Below the pieces are notes generated by a model, which was not told the origin of the DNA, ran no database searches, and saw only the letters and a program-made list of their open reading frames with translations. A DNA stretch of 64,000 nt from Vulcanimicrobiota bacterium. Its GTDB lineage: Bacteria; Vulcanimicrobiota; Vulcanimicrobiia; Vulcanimicrobiales; Vulcanimicrobiaceae. Location: positions 21,699-85,698 of the forward strand of contig CAWAXX010000002.1 of NCBI GenBank assembly GCA_963786105.1, read 5' to 3'. Position numbers and translations under genes: made by a program. Positions within the stretch are counted from its first letter, which is position 1; the number at the start of each line of letters is the position of its first letter. Below, one piece after another: positions 49,096 to 58,772 of this stretch.

Positions 49096-49998
49096 ATGAA
49101 AATGCACGACTTTTGTCTGGTGCGACTCGATGAAGTAACCTTCGTTAGTTCCGATGAGCTCGCCGTCATGTACAAGCTGAGTCCTTGCGTTTGGCAGGAG
49201 AATGGCGGATTCGAGCTACTCGTGCGGGTCGTAAACCACTCGGATAAACCGTCGGAAAAGGTTGCGCGCATCCATCACGGTCGGTCTACAGATGGCTTGC
49301 GATTTTATCTCGGTGAAACGCCGGTCATAGCCCCGGGCCCCGACATCGTAGGGTCCTACGATAGTGGGGGCTGCGAAGATCCGACGATCGCTCGTGTTAA
49401 CGGTGAGTACTACGTATATTACACCGGATGGAACGAGCATCTAAAGCGTGGCGAGCTGCTACTCGCGACGGGACCGGACGTCCTCCATTTACGGAAGAAA
49501 GGCATAGCCCTCGCGTCCTCCGAGCGTGCCGCTAATCCGAAGGAGGCGACGATCGTGCAGGCTCCCGACGGTACCTGGCGACTCTTCTTTGAATACGCTG
49601 ATGAAAACAAATCGAAGGTCGGACTCGCGCAATCGCCAAGCGTCACCGGGCCGTGGGAAGTCGTGGCGCCGCTATTCGACGCTCGACCTGATGGCTGGGA
49701 CTCATGGCACCTCAGCACCGGACCGATTCTCGATTCGAACCCGGAGTTTCCGGTAATGTTTTACAACGGTGCGACCTCGAACGCGCAGTGGCGCGTGGGC
49801 TGGGTTGTATTCGATGCCGATTACACCCGAGTTGTGGATCGGTCGATAGATCCTCTCATTTTGCCGCACGTCAAGCGTGGCAATGATGATTCCGATATCG
49901 CCTTCGCGGCGTCAAGCATCGAAATCGATGGGGCCATTTACCTTTACTATTCCGTCGCCGACCAATATGTAACAAGAGCGATCATCGAGCGGCTCTAG
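49096..49998 (+). CDS. Five-bladed beta-propeller glycosidase/phosphorylase (GH130-like)
   Basis: STDGLRF, GCEDPT, YYVYYTG, NPKEA, MFYNG and YLYYSVAD. Confidence 0.7.
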   Translation: MKMHDFCLVRLDEVTFVSSDELAVMYKLSPCVWQENGGFELLVRVVNHSDKPSEKVARIHHGRSTDGLRFYLGETPVIAPGPDIVGSYDSGGCEDPTIARVNGEYYVYYTGWNEHLKRGELLLATGPDVLHLRKKGIALASSERAANPKEATIVQAPDGTWRLFFEYADENKSKVGLAQSPSVTGPWEVVAPLFDARPDGWDSWHLSTGPILDSNPEFPVMFYNGATSNAQWRVGWVVFDADYTRVVDRSIDPLILPHVKRGNDDSDIAFAASSIEIDGAIYLYYSVADQYVTRAIIERL

Positions 49999-50000
49999 AG

Positions 50001-51359
50001 TTACAGTAACGCTTGCAGCGCTACCGTGCGCTTCAGGGATCGGTGGCTTCGCTGAATCGTGATGGTGATGGTCCGTCCCGCGTCCTTGAGCACGTCTTGC
50101 AACTGCCAGAGCGCGTAGCGTGTGACCGAATTCGAGTCGATGGCCGTAATAACGTCCCCTTGCATCACTCCCGCGTGTGCTGCGGGCGAGTTCGGCACGA
50201 CGTCTCGCACGACAAACGTTCGGAAGTCGGCGCCTTCAGCTTTGAGAACCAAACCGCTTGCGTCGGAGACAAATGGGTCGTTGAAGGACTTGTTCGGCTC
50301 GAGGATGACGCGGCCGTTCGGGTAGTCGAGGATTACCGTAAAGCGCCGGAGGATGTTGCCGCCGATATTGACGGAAATCGTTTGGCTTGCAAACGAACCG
50401 ACCGTGTCCTGCGACAGCGCGACGAGCGGTGCCTCGACGAGGTATGAACCCACCCGAAGCGCTTTTAAGCGCGCGAGGAGCGGGATCGATTCGCCGTTGC
50501 CGATGCCGTGGTCCGGCATCACCAAGGTCCTCCCGACCGATTCGATGAGGTGATGAGAATTTACCAAGGGAGTCGATAGAACGGTGCCGCCGCCGCCCGT
50601 GTCGATGGTGAGGTTAACCGGGATAGGCGCGCGTCCCTCAAGGAACACTTCTCCGGGGATTTGCGGATCGTACTGACCCCAGAGGGCGGCCGAAAAGCTA
50701 ACCCCATGACCCGTATAACGATAGGTTTGCGGGTCGTGAAGACCGATGACGTTGTTTTGATAGTCAATCTGCACGACGAAGTGTTGGAGGACGTCGTGCC
50801 CGAGATCACCGTAGAATGCGCGGCCGATCAGCGGCCACAAGCCGGCCATCGAAATACTCGCAGCGAGGTTCGTCGACATGACGGCGCCTTGCGGCAAACC
50901 AAACGTAACGTTGTCGATCATGGTCATGGCGCTTGAGTCCGAACCCGCACCCATCGCTCGTCCACTACCGTGTGTTTGTATACCAAGGTCTCGCACGAAC
51001 TCCGACGCGATGATGGAGTTGTATGAGCCGGTGTCGAGAGCGAATAGGAACGGTCCCTTGCCGTTGACCTCGACGGGCAGATAGATGCCGTTCGCAAGCA
51101 GGTCGAATGGAAATTGCACGAAGCTTTGTCCGTCGGGAAGTCGTCCGCCATCGAGCGCGGCTGTGGCATCGTCCGCCTTAACGATCAGCGACATGCCGCA
51201 GTTAGGGCACGTTCCGGGTTTGTCAAACTCGAGCTTGTCGCAGCTCAAACCACACGGAGTACAGACGTAGATCGTCTTTGCCAGCAGCTTGAGAGGGGCG
51301 AATGGCGCGGCGGCCGCCAAGAGAACAAACGATCTGCGGGTTAACGATGCTTCGTTCAC
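50001..51359 (-). CDS. Tat-exported aspartyl protease with N-terminal Cys-rich metal-binding module and C-terminal PDZ
   Basis: LTRRSFV Tat motif; YVCTPC...DKPGTCPNCGMSL; two DTG motifs (LDTGS and IDTGG); IGGNILRRF; SPAAHAGV.QGDVI. Confidence 0.82.
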   Translation of the reverse strand: MNEASLTRRSFVLLAAAAPFAPLKLLAKTIYVCTPCGLSCDKLEFDKPGTCPNCGMSLIVKADDATAALDGGRLPDGQSFVQFPFDLLANGIYLPVEVNGKGPFLFALDTGSYNSIIASEFVRDLGIQTHGSGRAMGAGSDSSAMTMIDNVTFGLPQGAVMSTNLAASISMAGLWPLIGRAFYGDLGHDVLQHFVVQIDYQNNVIGLHDPQTYRYTGHGVSFSAALWGQYDPQIPGEVFLEGRAPIPVNLTIDTGGGGTVLSTPLVNSHHLIESVGRTLVMPDHGIGNGESIPLLARLKALRVGSYLVEAPLVALSQDTVGSFASQTISVNIGGNILRRFTVILDYPNGRVILEPNKSFNDPFVSDASGLVLKAEGADFRTFVVRDVVPNSPAAHAGVMQGDVITAIDSNSVTRYALWQLQDVLKDAGRTITITIQRSHRSLKRTVALQALL

Positions 51360-51375
51360 GATTCTTCCGACGTGG

Positions 51376-52602
51376 TTATCGAGGGCGTCGTTGCCGTTTC
51401 GTCACCGGCGAGATTGCGGCATCACCTTTGAAAGATGCCGCCTCTTCGGTAGCGGAAGGTTTGCGCGACGGCGGAGCCCCTGGATTCGTCTGCCCGTGCG
51501 GCGCCGCCGCGGGGGCGCAGTTTGGCGTCGGTGCTGCACGCGGCGCGGTGGCCGGCAAATGGCGGTCGCTGGACTTGCGCGTGTCGGGATCGTCGGGATG
51601 AAGCGCAATCGGACCAGCATGCGCGCAGGTTGGGCCGCCCGTCGGCGTTGGCGTGGGCGACGGTGTGGGTGGCGGTGTAGGGCGGTGCGTTGGCGTTGGT
51701 GAGGGCGACGGTGTTGGTGGCGGCGTCGGCGTTGGTGACGGCGACGGTGTTGGCGGCGGTGGTGTGGGCGTTGGTGAGGGTGATGGCGTAGGCGTTCGCT
51801 TAGGTGCAGGCGTCGGCGCGGATGGCGTCGTCTGGTGCGTCGAGCCTGCAATCAATCCGCCGGCGAGAAGCGCTCCGCCCGCTACGTACGGCCACACGGC
51901 CACCGGTGTCGAAGCGCAAGCGGCCGCTTCAGCTGTGGCGGCAGCGTTGTTACTGCCCGGTCCGCCGAACTCGCAGAAGGCTTGCATGATGCCGGACGAC
52001 GTTGGTAGGATCGGCGAAACCGGGGCGGGGGTCAACACTGCTCCCGAAATCGTCACGATCAGTCCCTCACCGGCGTGCAGCTCGAATACGCGACCATCCT
52101 TTAGTGTGACGACGACCGGAAAATTTGCGTCACTGAGGGCGTACACATTCACCCGCAGCTCAGTAGCTGAAATGCTGATATCGCCTTCAGTTCCTCGAAC
52201 GGCGATCTGTCCCGCGTCGGTTTGAAACGTGTAGCTGGCCTTGGCGCCGGCAGGGTGTTGGACGATAAAACGCGTCTTGCCGTTGTAGAGAACGAACTGT
52301 GCCGTGGTGATGTTCGGTTGCTGATCGAAGAAGGCGAGTTGCACTCTCGTTTGCGAACCGACAAGCACTCTCGTGCTGTCGGGGAGCGAGATCGCCGCCA
52401 GCGATTTGTCGCCGGTGATCGCGTAGTCGTTGTTGACGAGCGATATTGCTGCGTTCGGTGCGAGGGCCTTCGAGACGCCGGAGGATTGATAGGTAACGTC
52501 ACCCTTCACATTTTGCAGAACCTTGTCGCCCGCGGCGGCGCCGGGAACGACCATCGAAGCGAAGAGGGCCAAGACGAGGACGATCGCGGAGCGTGACTTC
52601 AT
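51376..52602 (-). CDS. Secreted FecR-domain protein with TM segment and Pro/Thr-rich tail
   Basis: Signal peptide; TG..S.A.I.LPDST and IAVRGT FecR motifs; GGAGG RBS. Confidence 0.72.
   Translation of the reverse strand: MKSRSAIVLVLALFASMVVPGAAAGDKVLQNVKGDVTYQSSGVSKALAPNAAISLVNNDYAITGDKSLAAISLPDSTRVLVGSQTRVQLAFFDQQPNITTAQFVLYNGKTRFIVQHPAGAKASYTFQTDAGQIAVRGTEGDISISATELRVNVYALSDANFPVVVTLKDGRVFELHAGEGLIVTISGAVLTPAPVSPILPTSSGIMQAFCEFGGPGSNNAAATAEAAACASTPVAVWPYVAGGALLAGGLIAGSTHQTTPSAPTPAPKRTPTPSPSPTPTPPPPTPSPSPTPTPPPTPSPSPTPTHRPTPPPTPSPTPTPTGGPTCAHAGPIALHPDDPDTRKSSDRHLPATAPRAAPTPNCAPAAAPHGQTNPGAPPSRKPSATEEAASFKGDAAISPVTKRQRRPR
51640..51830 (-). repeat. Coding tandem repeats (PTPSPSPTPT)
   Basis: Repeated GGCGTTGGTGA(G/C)GGCGACGGTG-like units inside the FecR gene. 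Confidence 0.8.
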
Positions 52603-52696
52603 GAGAATCCTCCATCGAATCGAAGGAGCAAGTCAAACCAAGCAAGCTTTCCTGGTCGTGCCGGCGTGTCCCTAGGCGAACGTCGGTAGGTGGATT

Positions 52697-54285
52697 TTAG
52701 CGAAGAACGAGACTGCGCTGCGGCTCGACGCTGCCGCGCAGGATCGCAATCGGCGGCTCGGGGGGTTGCGCCTTCGGCGGCAGCGGCGCGTGACCGAGAT
52801 TGCGCGCGAGCAAGAACGGCAGCACGGCCGCGGCCATCGTTACGAGTGCGAAGAACTGCGTCGTGCCGACGGCCGACAAGTTCGTCGCTTGCGCTTCGAC
52901 CAGCGCATTGAGCGTGGTAAGCGCGTTCGGACCGTGCCCGGCGAGAAGCGATGCAACCGCAGGGTTAGCGAGCGAGGCCGATGGTGCGAGCGCGTTGAGC
53001 GCGGCCGCATAGTTGCGATCTAGGAACGTGGCAGCCAAGGCGGATCCAACGGACGCGCCGATTTGCTGCACGAGCCGGGTTAGCGCGAGCGCCGACGGAA
53101 TCGACGCCTGCGGCACGGTTTTGAAGAGCACGACGCTGAGCGGCACGAAGATGAACGCGTACCCCACGCCGCCGAGCGCTTGCGTCGCGATCAGCGCGGC
53201 GAACGGCGTCTGGGTCGTCATGACGAGCGTTTGCAGCCAGCTCGCGAGGCCGGCGAGAAAGATGCCGCCGGCGGCAAACCAGCGCATGTCCCAACGCTCT
53301 TGCGACGTGACCCAAGCGGTGAGCGGAAACAGCAGCACGAGCACGCCGGCGCGCGTCATCAGAGCAGGCCGGTCAGCGTGGTCGTGAACCCGAGCGATGC
53401 CTGCGACCACAGCGGCTGAATGAACAGAATCGCGAAAAAACTGCCGGCGACGGCGAAGTAGATGGCCGAGCTCGCCCACACCGTCCGGTTGGCGAACACG
53501 CGTAACGCAACGGCGGGCGCCTTGGTGCCGAACAGCTCCCAGAGCACGAACGAAACGAGCGTGACGGTCGCGACGACCGCCGTCAACGTAATCGTCGTGT
53601 CGCCGAACCAGCCGTTGCGCTCGCCCTCGTCGAGCACGTACTGCAGACAGCCGAGGCCGATGGCGAGCAGCGCGACGCCGACCACGTCGAAGGCGGTGCG
53701 GCGCGCCGGCGCCGGATCGCGCACGTAGAGCAGCACGAGCACGGTCGCGAGTATGCCCGGCATGAGGTTGATGAAGAAGACCCAGCGCCAGGTGAGGTCG
53801 TCGGTGAGAATTCCGCCGAGCGTCGGGCCGATCGTCGGTCCGAGCACGACGGCGAGCGCGAAGAGCGACTGGCTCACCGCAAGTTTGGCGGGCGGGAACG
53901 TGTCGCGAATGATCTGCTGCGCCGGCACCATCAAGCCGCCGCCGAACGCGCCCTGTACGAAACGCAGCGCGATCTCGGTGTTCGCATCGTTTGCCAGTCC
54001 GCAGAGGACCGAGGTGACGGTAAAGCCGGCGATCGAGAGCGCGAAGTAGTTCTTGCGTCCGACGATCGTCTGCAGCCACGGCGAGAGCGGGATGACGATG
54101 ACGTTGGCGATGATGTAGGCGGTGATGAACCACGCGCCTTCGTCGGTCGACGCGCCGAGCGCGCCGTCGATGGTGGGCAGCGCGACGTTGACGATCGTGG
54201 TGTCGGCCAGCTGCATCAGTGCGGCGAGCATGACGGCACAGACCACGGCGAAGCGTCGCGCGCCGTATTCGACGACGGTGGGCAT
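52697..54285 (-). CDS. DHA2 (EmrB/QacA) MFS efflux transporter, with an apparent frameshift near 53362
   Basis: DTTIVNVALP, RFVQGAFGG, GPTIGPTLGG and WRWVFFIN. CTG CTC TGA TG lacks one base needed to continue into LMTRAGVLV. Confidence 0.85.
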
Positions 54286-54304
54286 CTCGGCTTTTACGGC
54301 TGAG

Positions 54305-54655
54305 TTAGACGAGTGCCGGCGTTTGCGACGGGAAGAGGTCGGCGTTTTCGCCGGCGATCTGTTCGAAGAACGCGTAGGCTTCGCGCTCGTTGGGGCTCAG
54401 CGGGACGACGGTCTCGACCGACTGGGTGTGGCGGACGAGCGTGTCGGCCGTTTCCACGAAGTGCGTCCAGGCATCGGGCGTGGAGGTGGCAAGCGCCTGG
54501 TGGTAGGCTTCGGCCGCCTCGCGGGCTTCGCGCGAGAAGCTGGCTGAGACGCCGCCGAGCAACTCGGCGTTGCGCCGGAGGGTTTCGTAGGAGAGACGGG
54601 CGTCGAGCGACAGTTCGCGGATGGACGTCCCTGGGGTTGGTATGGTACAATACAT
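54305..54655 (-). CDS. Small helical hypothetical protein upstream of the MFS gene (start uncertain)
   Basis: ORF with GC-typical codons from about SIRELSLDAR onward; ends 19 nt before the MFS start. Confidence 0.55.
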   Translation of the reverse strand: MYCTIPTPGTSIRELSLDARLSYETLRRNAELLGGVSASFSREAREAAEAYHQALATSTPDAWTHFVETADTLVRHTQSVETVVPLSPNEREAYAFFEQIAGENADLFPSQTPALV

Positions 54656-54678
54656 CTTGTACTAATAATAGTACAAGA
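54655..54678. promoter_or_regulatory. Operator palindrome (probable ArsR-family binding site)
   Basis: Perfect TCTTGTACTA-ATAA-TAGTACAAGA in the AT-rich divergent gap. Confidence 0.75.
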
Positions 54679-54702
54679 CTTATTTTACTGTCAAGAGCGA
54701 AT

Positions 54703-55047
54703 TTGCAAGAAATTACGACCGAAGCCGCCCCGCGTACCTATTGGTATCCGGAGCGCGAAGACATCACGATCTACGGCATTCTCGCCGCGCTGAGCGATCC
54801 CACGCGCCTGGGGATCGTCCGCGCCATTGCCGCGCGCGAGGAGTGCTGCCCCTTCGACTTTCTCGACGTCACCAGCAAGCAGAACCTCACGCATCACTTT
54901 AAGGTGCTGCGTGAGTCCGGGCTGGTTCAGGCGCGCTACGAGGGCCGGCAGAAATTCGTCTCGCTGCGCCGCGAGCTCATCGACGACATGTTCCCCGGCC
55001 TGCTCGACGGACTGTTGAACGCGGTCGCCGCGTCGGAGAAGCGCTAG
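54703..55047 (+). CDS. ArsR/SmtB-family transcriptional regulator
   Basis: ALSDPTRLGIV, SKQNLTHHFKVLRESGLV and FPGLLD; in-frame TTG at 54703. Confidence 0.85.
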   Translation: MQEITTEAAPRTYWYPEREDITIYGILAALSDPTRLGIVRAIAAREECCPFDFLDVTSKQNLTHHFKVLRESGLVQARYEGRQKFVSLRRELIDDMFPGLLDGLLNAVAASEKR

Positions 55048-55073
55048 ACCACTAGCCCCATCGAGAGTCTGAT

Positions 55074-55109
55074 GGCGGCGGCACGCGCAAGCGCGTCGCC
55101 GCCTTCTTT
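55074..55109 (+). terminator. Probable intrinsic terminator after the ArsR gene
   Basis: GGCGGCGGCACGC-GCAA-GCGCGTCGCCGCC hairpin with one mismatch, followed by TTCTTT. Confidence 0.6.
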
Positions 55110-55161
55110 AGGTCCGAGTCGGACGGTGTTATGGATCGGTAGCAGAAGGTCGACGTAGGAT

Positions 55162-56774
55162 ATGACCCTCAACGCGACTTGGCGCAGACTGTTGGCTGCG
55201 TTCGCACTTGCGGTAACGACGGTTGCGGGCTGTGCGCGCAGCGGCGCGCCGATCGGGCCGCCGCACGTGTTGAGAATCGCGTATGCGGGCGACCCCGCAT
55301 CGCTCGTCCCGCTGGTGGCGATCGCTCAAGAGGTCATCGCACTCGACACGCTCTTTTGCCAGACGTTGGTGGGCCTCGACGCCGGTAATCGCGATGTGCC
55401 GATTCTCGTCACGAGGGTTCCCTCGCGAGGCAACGGCGACATCTCGGCGGACGGAACGCGTCTCACGTACCATCTGCGCCGCGGCGTGCGCTTTGCCGAC
55501 GGCGTGGAATTTACGTCGGCCGATGTGGCGTTCACCTATCGAGCGATATTCGATCCGCGCAATCGCGCGACGTCGGTCGAGCCGTACCGGCGTATCGTCT
55601 CCCTGCAGACGCCCGATCCGTATACCGTGGTGATTCGCCTTCGCGCACCGTGGAATGCCGCCGTTCGCGTGCTTTTCGCGGAAGCCGATTACGTGTACGG
55701 AATCTTGCCGAAGCACGCGTTTACCGATACGAAGGTGGTCGGATCGTCCTGGGAGGATGCGCCGTTCGGTACCGGTCCGTTTCGCGTGAAGCGATGGCTG
55801 CGCGGCGACCGCATCGTCTTCGAGCCGAATCCCTACTTCGTGCCTCGGCCAAAGCTGCAGCAGATCGTGATGCAGATGGTGCCGAACCTCAACTCGAACT
55901 TCGTTACCCTGCGGTCGGGGGCGGTCGACGTCGGTACGCTCACGCCGGAAAACGCCGCGCAGGCCGAGCTTCTCCCGTTCATTCGAGTGCTGCGCTTTCC
56001 GGAAAATGCGACGGGCTTTCTCTATCTGCACACCCGGATTGCGCCGACGAACGACGCGCACGTGCGTCGAGCGATTGCCTACGCCCTGGATGCGGGAGCA
56101 CTGGCCAACGCATGGCGGCACGAATACCCGATGGGCGGGTCGTTCTTACCGCCACCCATCGTGACCTGGAAAGCAGCGGCCGTTGCGGCGTACCCGCACG
56201 ATCTACGCCAGGCTGGTCGCGAACTGGACGAGGCCGGGTGGGTGCTGCGCGACGGCGTGCGCTCGAAACGCGGCGAACCGTTGAGCGGCCTGATCGCTGC
56301 CGACTCGGAAAATCCGATTACGGTGCGCCTGGCAACGCTCGTGCAAGCGCAGCTCGCGGCGATCGGCATGGACGTCACGCTGAAGACGGAACCTGCGCGC
56401 GTCTGGTTTAGCCCGGAAGGCTTGTTGCGCAACGGTAAGGCGACGATGGTGGTGGAAGCCTGGGTGGGCGGCAGCGATCCCGAGCAGTCGCTCAACCTGC
56501 GCTGCGTGCAGGCCGTAAAGGGTGACGAGAACCATTCGTTTTACTGCTCGCCGCGATTCGAGTCAGTTGTTCGACGACCAGGCGCGTACGCCGAGCGAAG
56601 CCGCAGCGCCATCGCGATTTCGATGCCATCGCGCGCCTCGTCCACGAAGACGTTCCGGTGATTCCGCTCTACTACGAGCAACGCCTCATGGGTCTGAGCC
56701 GCCGGGTCACGGGGTACCGGCTCAACATGCTGTTGATTCCGGTCGATCCGCAAGGTTGGGATGTAAAGCGGTGA
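55162..56774 (+). CDS. ABC transporter peptide-binding lipoprotein (family 5), with two apparent +1 insertions near 56565 and 56602
   Basis: VAGC lipobox; ISADG..LTYHLR.GV.FADG..FTSADV.FT; GTGPF; VRRAIAYALD. The inverted copy lacks both extra bases, restoring ...EDVPVIPLYY...WDVKR. Confidence 0.85.
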
Positions 56775-56839
56775 GCCCGCTCGCGCGAGCCCTGCGCGAG
56801 GCGTTTTCTTCCCAAACAGGAAGGACTCTTCAGTAATCG

Positions 56840-57664
56840 ATGTGGGTGCTACTAGGTTTCCTTGTTGCTTCGGCGATCGGCTTGGCGACTGTCCTGCACG
56901 CGGGGCGTCGCGGCTCGATACGGCGTAGCGACTATCCGTGGATGCTGGACCAGGTTTCGCAGCTCCACGTTGCGATCGTCGGCACCCTGGCCGGTTTCGC
57001 ATTTACGGGGGTAGTGCTTGTCGTAACCCTCGCGCATGACAGGCAGGGCCGCGCGGAGATTTCTTTCGACACGGTCGTCGTCATGTTCTTAATTGCGTAC
57101 TTGTACTGGGTGGGCAGCGCGTTTCTGATCTCATATTTGCCGCGTGCGAGCACGAGCGCAGATTTAGTCCAGCGCGTTCATTTTAGCCTTGCCTCGACCA
57201 TCGAATACCGCACCGTGTTCCTTTCGTGGTTCGCACTGTTGCCGCTCCTTCAGGCAAACGGGCTTGGACGGCTGGCGCCTGTTCTCTACGTTCTTCTGCC
57301 CGCATCGCTGCTTCTGGGTTCCCTGCTCGTAGCCATGGCTACGGATAGTCTCGGGCTCATGCTGATGAAAGAGATCTATTTCTCGGCGGCCGTTGGCACT
57401 GGACTCGCATTGGCTTATGGGATGGTAGTCGCGGTAGCGCTTCCAGGAATGCGCTCACCCTATTCCTCGTTGTACCTCGCGCTTGTCATATTTTGCGTCA
57501 ACGGCGTAGGCTTCGCGCTAGCCGCATTGACGCCGCTCGTATCGCAATACGGCAGCGTCAGGCGCTTCTATGAGCGACATGGAAGGCGTATCATCATCGC
57601 GGACATGCAAGTGACGATGATTTCACTCTCATTTCTCTGGCTGGCTGTGGTGGGAGCCATTTAG
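56840..57664 (+). CDS. Multi-pass membrane hypothetical protein
   Basis: About eight hydrophobic segments; AAGGA upstream. Confidence 0.65.
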   Translation: MWVLLGFLVASAIGLATVLHAGRRGSIRRSDYPWMLDQVSQLHVAIVGTLAGFAFTGVVLVVTLAHDRQGRAEISFDTVVVMFLIAYLYWVGSAFLISYLPRASTSADLVQRVHFSLASTIEYRTVFLSWFALLPLLQANGLGRLAPVLYVLLPASLLLGSLLVAMATDSLGLMLMKEIYFSAAVGTGLALAYGMVVAVALPGMRSPYSSLYLALVIFCVNGVGFALAALTPLVSQYGSVRRFYERHGRRIIIADMQVTMISLSFLWLAVVGAI

Positions 57665-57718
57665 GGTCGGCGCATGGAGAAATCCGCAATGCTAGCACTG
57701 GCGCGGGTTTCCGAGTCG

Positions 57719-57765
57719 TGGAGATGCGGGGACTCGAACCCCGGACCCCTTACATGCGAAGCAAG
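57719..57765 (-). tRNA. 3' fragment of tRNA-Ala(CGC), likely an att-site duplication
   Basis: Minus strand reads CTTGC-TTCGCAT-GTAAG (anticodon arm, CGC), GGGTC, CGGGG-TTCGAGT-CCCCG (T arm), CATCTCCA. No D arm or 5' acceptor strand is present upstream. Confidence 0.8.
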
Positions 57766-58286
57766 AAGCCAGCAAATCCTAATCGACGCAAGAAACCCAA
57801 GAAATAGGCGGTTTTCCATGTAAAACCGTCACTTTTTGGTCAAGTCGGCTCCGCTCGCGTTCGCGTTTTCCGCCCGTTTCCGCCTCAATTGTCGTACGAT
57901 CGTCGTAAGGTTCTACCCAAGCCTCGTTTGGCCGAGTTCTTGGGTTTGTTAGCCCATGGCCTTCCAGTGCTGTACGGACGATAATATGCTGACTAGGATG
58001 AGGGGATGAGGCTGTCATGAGCTAAGTCCGGATTCACCGGATGATTCCCCACAGATACATCTAAGCTAATCATTTTTGGGCTTTTCGGCGAGCACCGTTT
58101 ATTTAGCCGGGATCGGCAGAGGCTGGTCTCCCGATTAAGTTACTGCCGGGAGGGCCGGTACCCAGTTTCGCGTAGTTGGCGCGAAGCGCTAGGGGCCATC
58201 GGACGATGGGAGACTTCCTGGGGTGCGTGCGTGACCAGAATCGACCAGTGTAACGTCGGAACGCCACGTAAAACGAAACGGGGTCG

Positions 58287-58772
58287 ATGAAACTCTGGCA
58301 GATTATTGCCGTCGTTGGCGTCGGCATCGTATTCGGCGTCTTTGCACCCGGTCGCTTCGCCTACGCGCTCGGCCACGGCGCGTTGTACGTCTTCCTGCCG
58401 CCTTTACTGTTTGAAGCGGCTTGGAATCTAAACTACAAGGCGATTATCCGTCAGTGGCCGGCGATCGCGACCTTAGCGGGCCCCGGCGTCGTGCTCACCG
58501 CGCTGATCGTCGCGGGAGCACTTACGATCGTTCACGTTCCGTTCGGGCCCGCATTCCTGACTGGCGCAATCCTTTCCGCTACGGACCCTATTGCAGTCGT
58601 CGCCGTCTTCCGTCGGATTCGCGTGCCCAAGACGCTCGCGACCATCGTCGAGTGCGAATCGCTCTTTAATGACGCCGTCGCCGTCATGCTTTACCGAATC
58701 GTACTCGCTGCGCTAGCTTTGGGTTCGGTGGACGCCGGCCCGATCGCTCGCATCGCACTCCAAACGGTCGCA
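58287..58772 (+). CDS. CPA1-family Na+/H+ antiporter, truncated by the fold-back
   Basis: FLPPLLFEAA, LSATDPIAVVAVF and ECESLFNDA; the frame runs into the inversion junction. Confidence 0.85.

Noticed and set aside
57719..57765. Functional tRNA gene
   Set aside because: The D arm and 5' acceptor strand are missing in both copies.
57779..58018. 79-aa ORF beside the tRNA fragment
   Set aside because: No motifs, atypical composition and no clear RBS; more likely non-coding att-flanking DNA.
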